From an uncultured Candidatus Saccharibacteria bacterium (GTDB taxonomy: Bacteria; Patescibacteriota; Minisyncoccia; Phycocordibacterales; JAACPR01), in NCBI GenBank assembly GCA_964538855.1, contig CAZIEY010000002.1, positions 65,709 through 129,708 on the forward strand: DNA of 64,000 nucleotides. The letters run 5' to 3'. Numbering within the stretch: the first letter of the stretch is position 1; the number at the start of each line of letters is the position of its first letter. The position numbers were made by a program, and so were the translations under genes. The notes under the pieces are model-generated. The model was given only the letters and a program-made list of their open reading frames with translations, was not told the origin of the DNA and made no database searches. Of the stretch, positions 63,528-64,000 are shown piece after piece.

Positions 63528-64000
63528 ATGGGTGGATCTTTGTCGGCAAAAATGCCGCAACTCTTGATTGATGCTTCTGTCAAAGCAACGCTGGCTGATT
63601 TGATAGAAGAAATCGGCTTTGCATTCGTTGATCATCGTATCAATCTGGATACTATCGACTGCGAAGCTAGCGGTGTTCCATTCACTGCTGAATTCCACGA
63701 TTTGCTCGAGGTGCCTTCGGTATATCAAGTCACTGAAACCGAGGGGCGACACTTGGCGACCTTGCGCGACATACTGCTTTTTACCCAGGAATTGATTTTG
63801 CAGTGCGAAACCGACGTATTGGAAAAGCTGCACGTAGTGATTTACGCGCTTGGCTCCGAGGTGAGGATTGGAAGTGTTATCCATCTTCCGAAAGTCGAGA
63901 TCGATCGCGGGGTGTTCCGGCTTGAGCTCGTCTTCATGTACGAGGAGAAGTTTTCTGCTCGAGACGTGTACATGAAGCGCGGTGACCCAGCCGCCGCTTA
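63528..64000 (+). CDS. Hypothetical protein, partial (runs off the window end); GC-rich
   Basis: SD aaggagg 5 nt upstream of the ATG. Preferred over the overlapping minus-strand ORF 63453..63884, which lacks an SD. Confidence 0.45.
   Translation, partial: MGGSLSAKMPQLLIDASVKATLADLIEEIGFAFVDHRINLDTIDCEASGVPFTAEFHDLLEVPSVYQVTETEGRHLATLRDILLFTQELILQCETDVLEKLHVVIYALGSEVRIGSVIHLPKVEIDRGVFRLELVFMYEEKFSARDVYMKRGDPAAA

Noticed and set aside
63453-63884. 143-aa minus-strand ORF at the window end
   Set aside because: The overlapping plus-strand ORF from 63528 has a strong SD (aaggagg); the minus ORF has none.

Overview
This 64-kb window is low-GC, gene-dense bacterial chromosome dominated by housekeeping genes. 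Several core proteins are unusually short, and there are no transposases, CRISPR arrays or biosynthetic clusters, which suggests a reduced genome of the candidate-phyla-radiation type; that lineage call is an inference.

Core genes recognised from motifs:
- Translation and RNA: infB (partial), thrS, trmD, tgt, rpsP, a bL32-like rpmF, a KH-domain protein, rnc, rnr, rnhB, and a NusB-Nudix fusion.
- Transcription and replication: rpoB-rpoC-dnaG-rpoD in one co-oriented block, dnaE, and a short SMC.
- Repair and nucleases: uvrB, uvrA and a truncated uvrC clustered together, two separate DnaQ-like exonucleases, and a Cas4-like/DnaQ-like two-domain nuclease.
- Envelope and other: clpB, a cysteine desulfurase, a sortase next to a repeat-rich surface protein ending in VPYTG plus a hydrophobic tail, two ddl paralogs flanking a membrane-anchored MurF, mltG, a DsbA-like protein, FKBP, a LOG protein, and an alpha/beta hydrolase.
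- tRNAs: tRNA-Tyr(GUA) and tRNA-Ala(UGC) on the minus strand, tRNA-Leu(GAG) on the plus strand.

Most worth a second look:
1. A three-copy family of 85-125 bp palindromic intergenic elements whose outer stems differ between copies but stay self-complementary.
2. A GC-rich promoter-to-terminator unit upstream of rnr holding two tandem small ORFs, each with a ribosome-binding site; it may instead be a structured RNA.
3. About ten visibly GC-rich genes of unknown function interspersed among AT-rich core genes.
4. A perfect 116-bp direct duplication of a hydrolase gene's 5' end flanking a 524-bp insert that carries a strongly signalled small membrane-protein gene.
5. Unusual domain fusions (NusB-Nudix, winged-helix-Nudix) and an HtrA-like pseudoprotease lacking its catalytic residues.

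All coordinates, promoter and terminator calls and product names come from reading the sequence and the supplied ORF translations; no database search was run.
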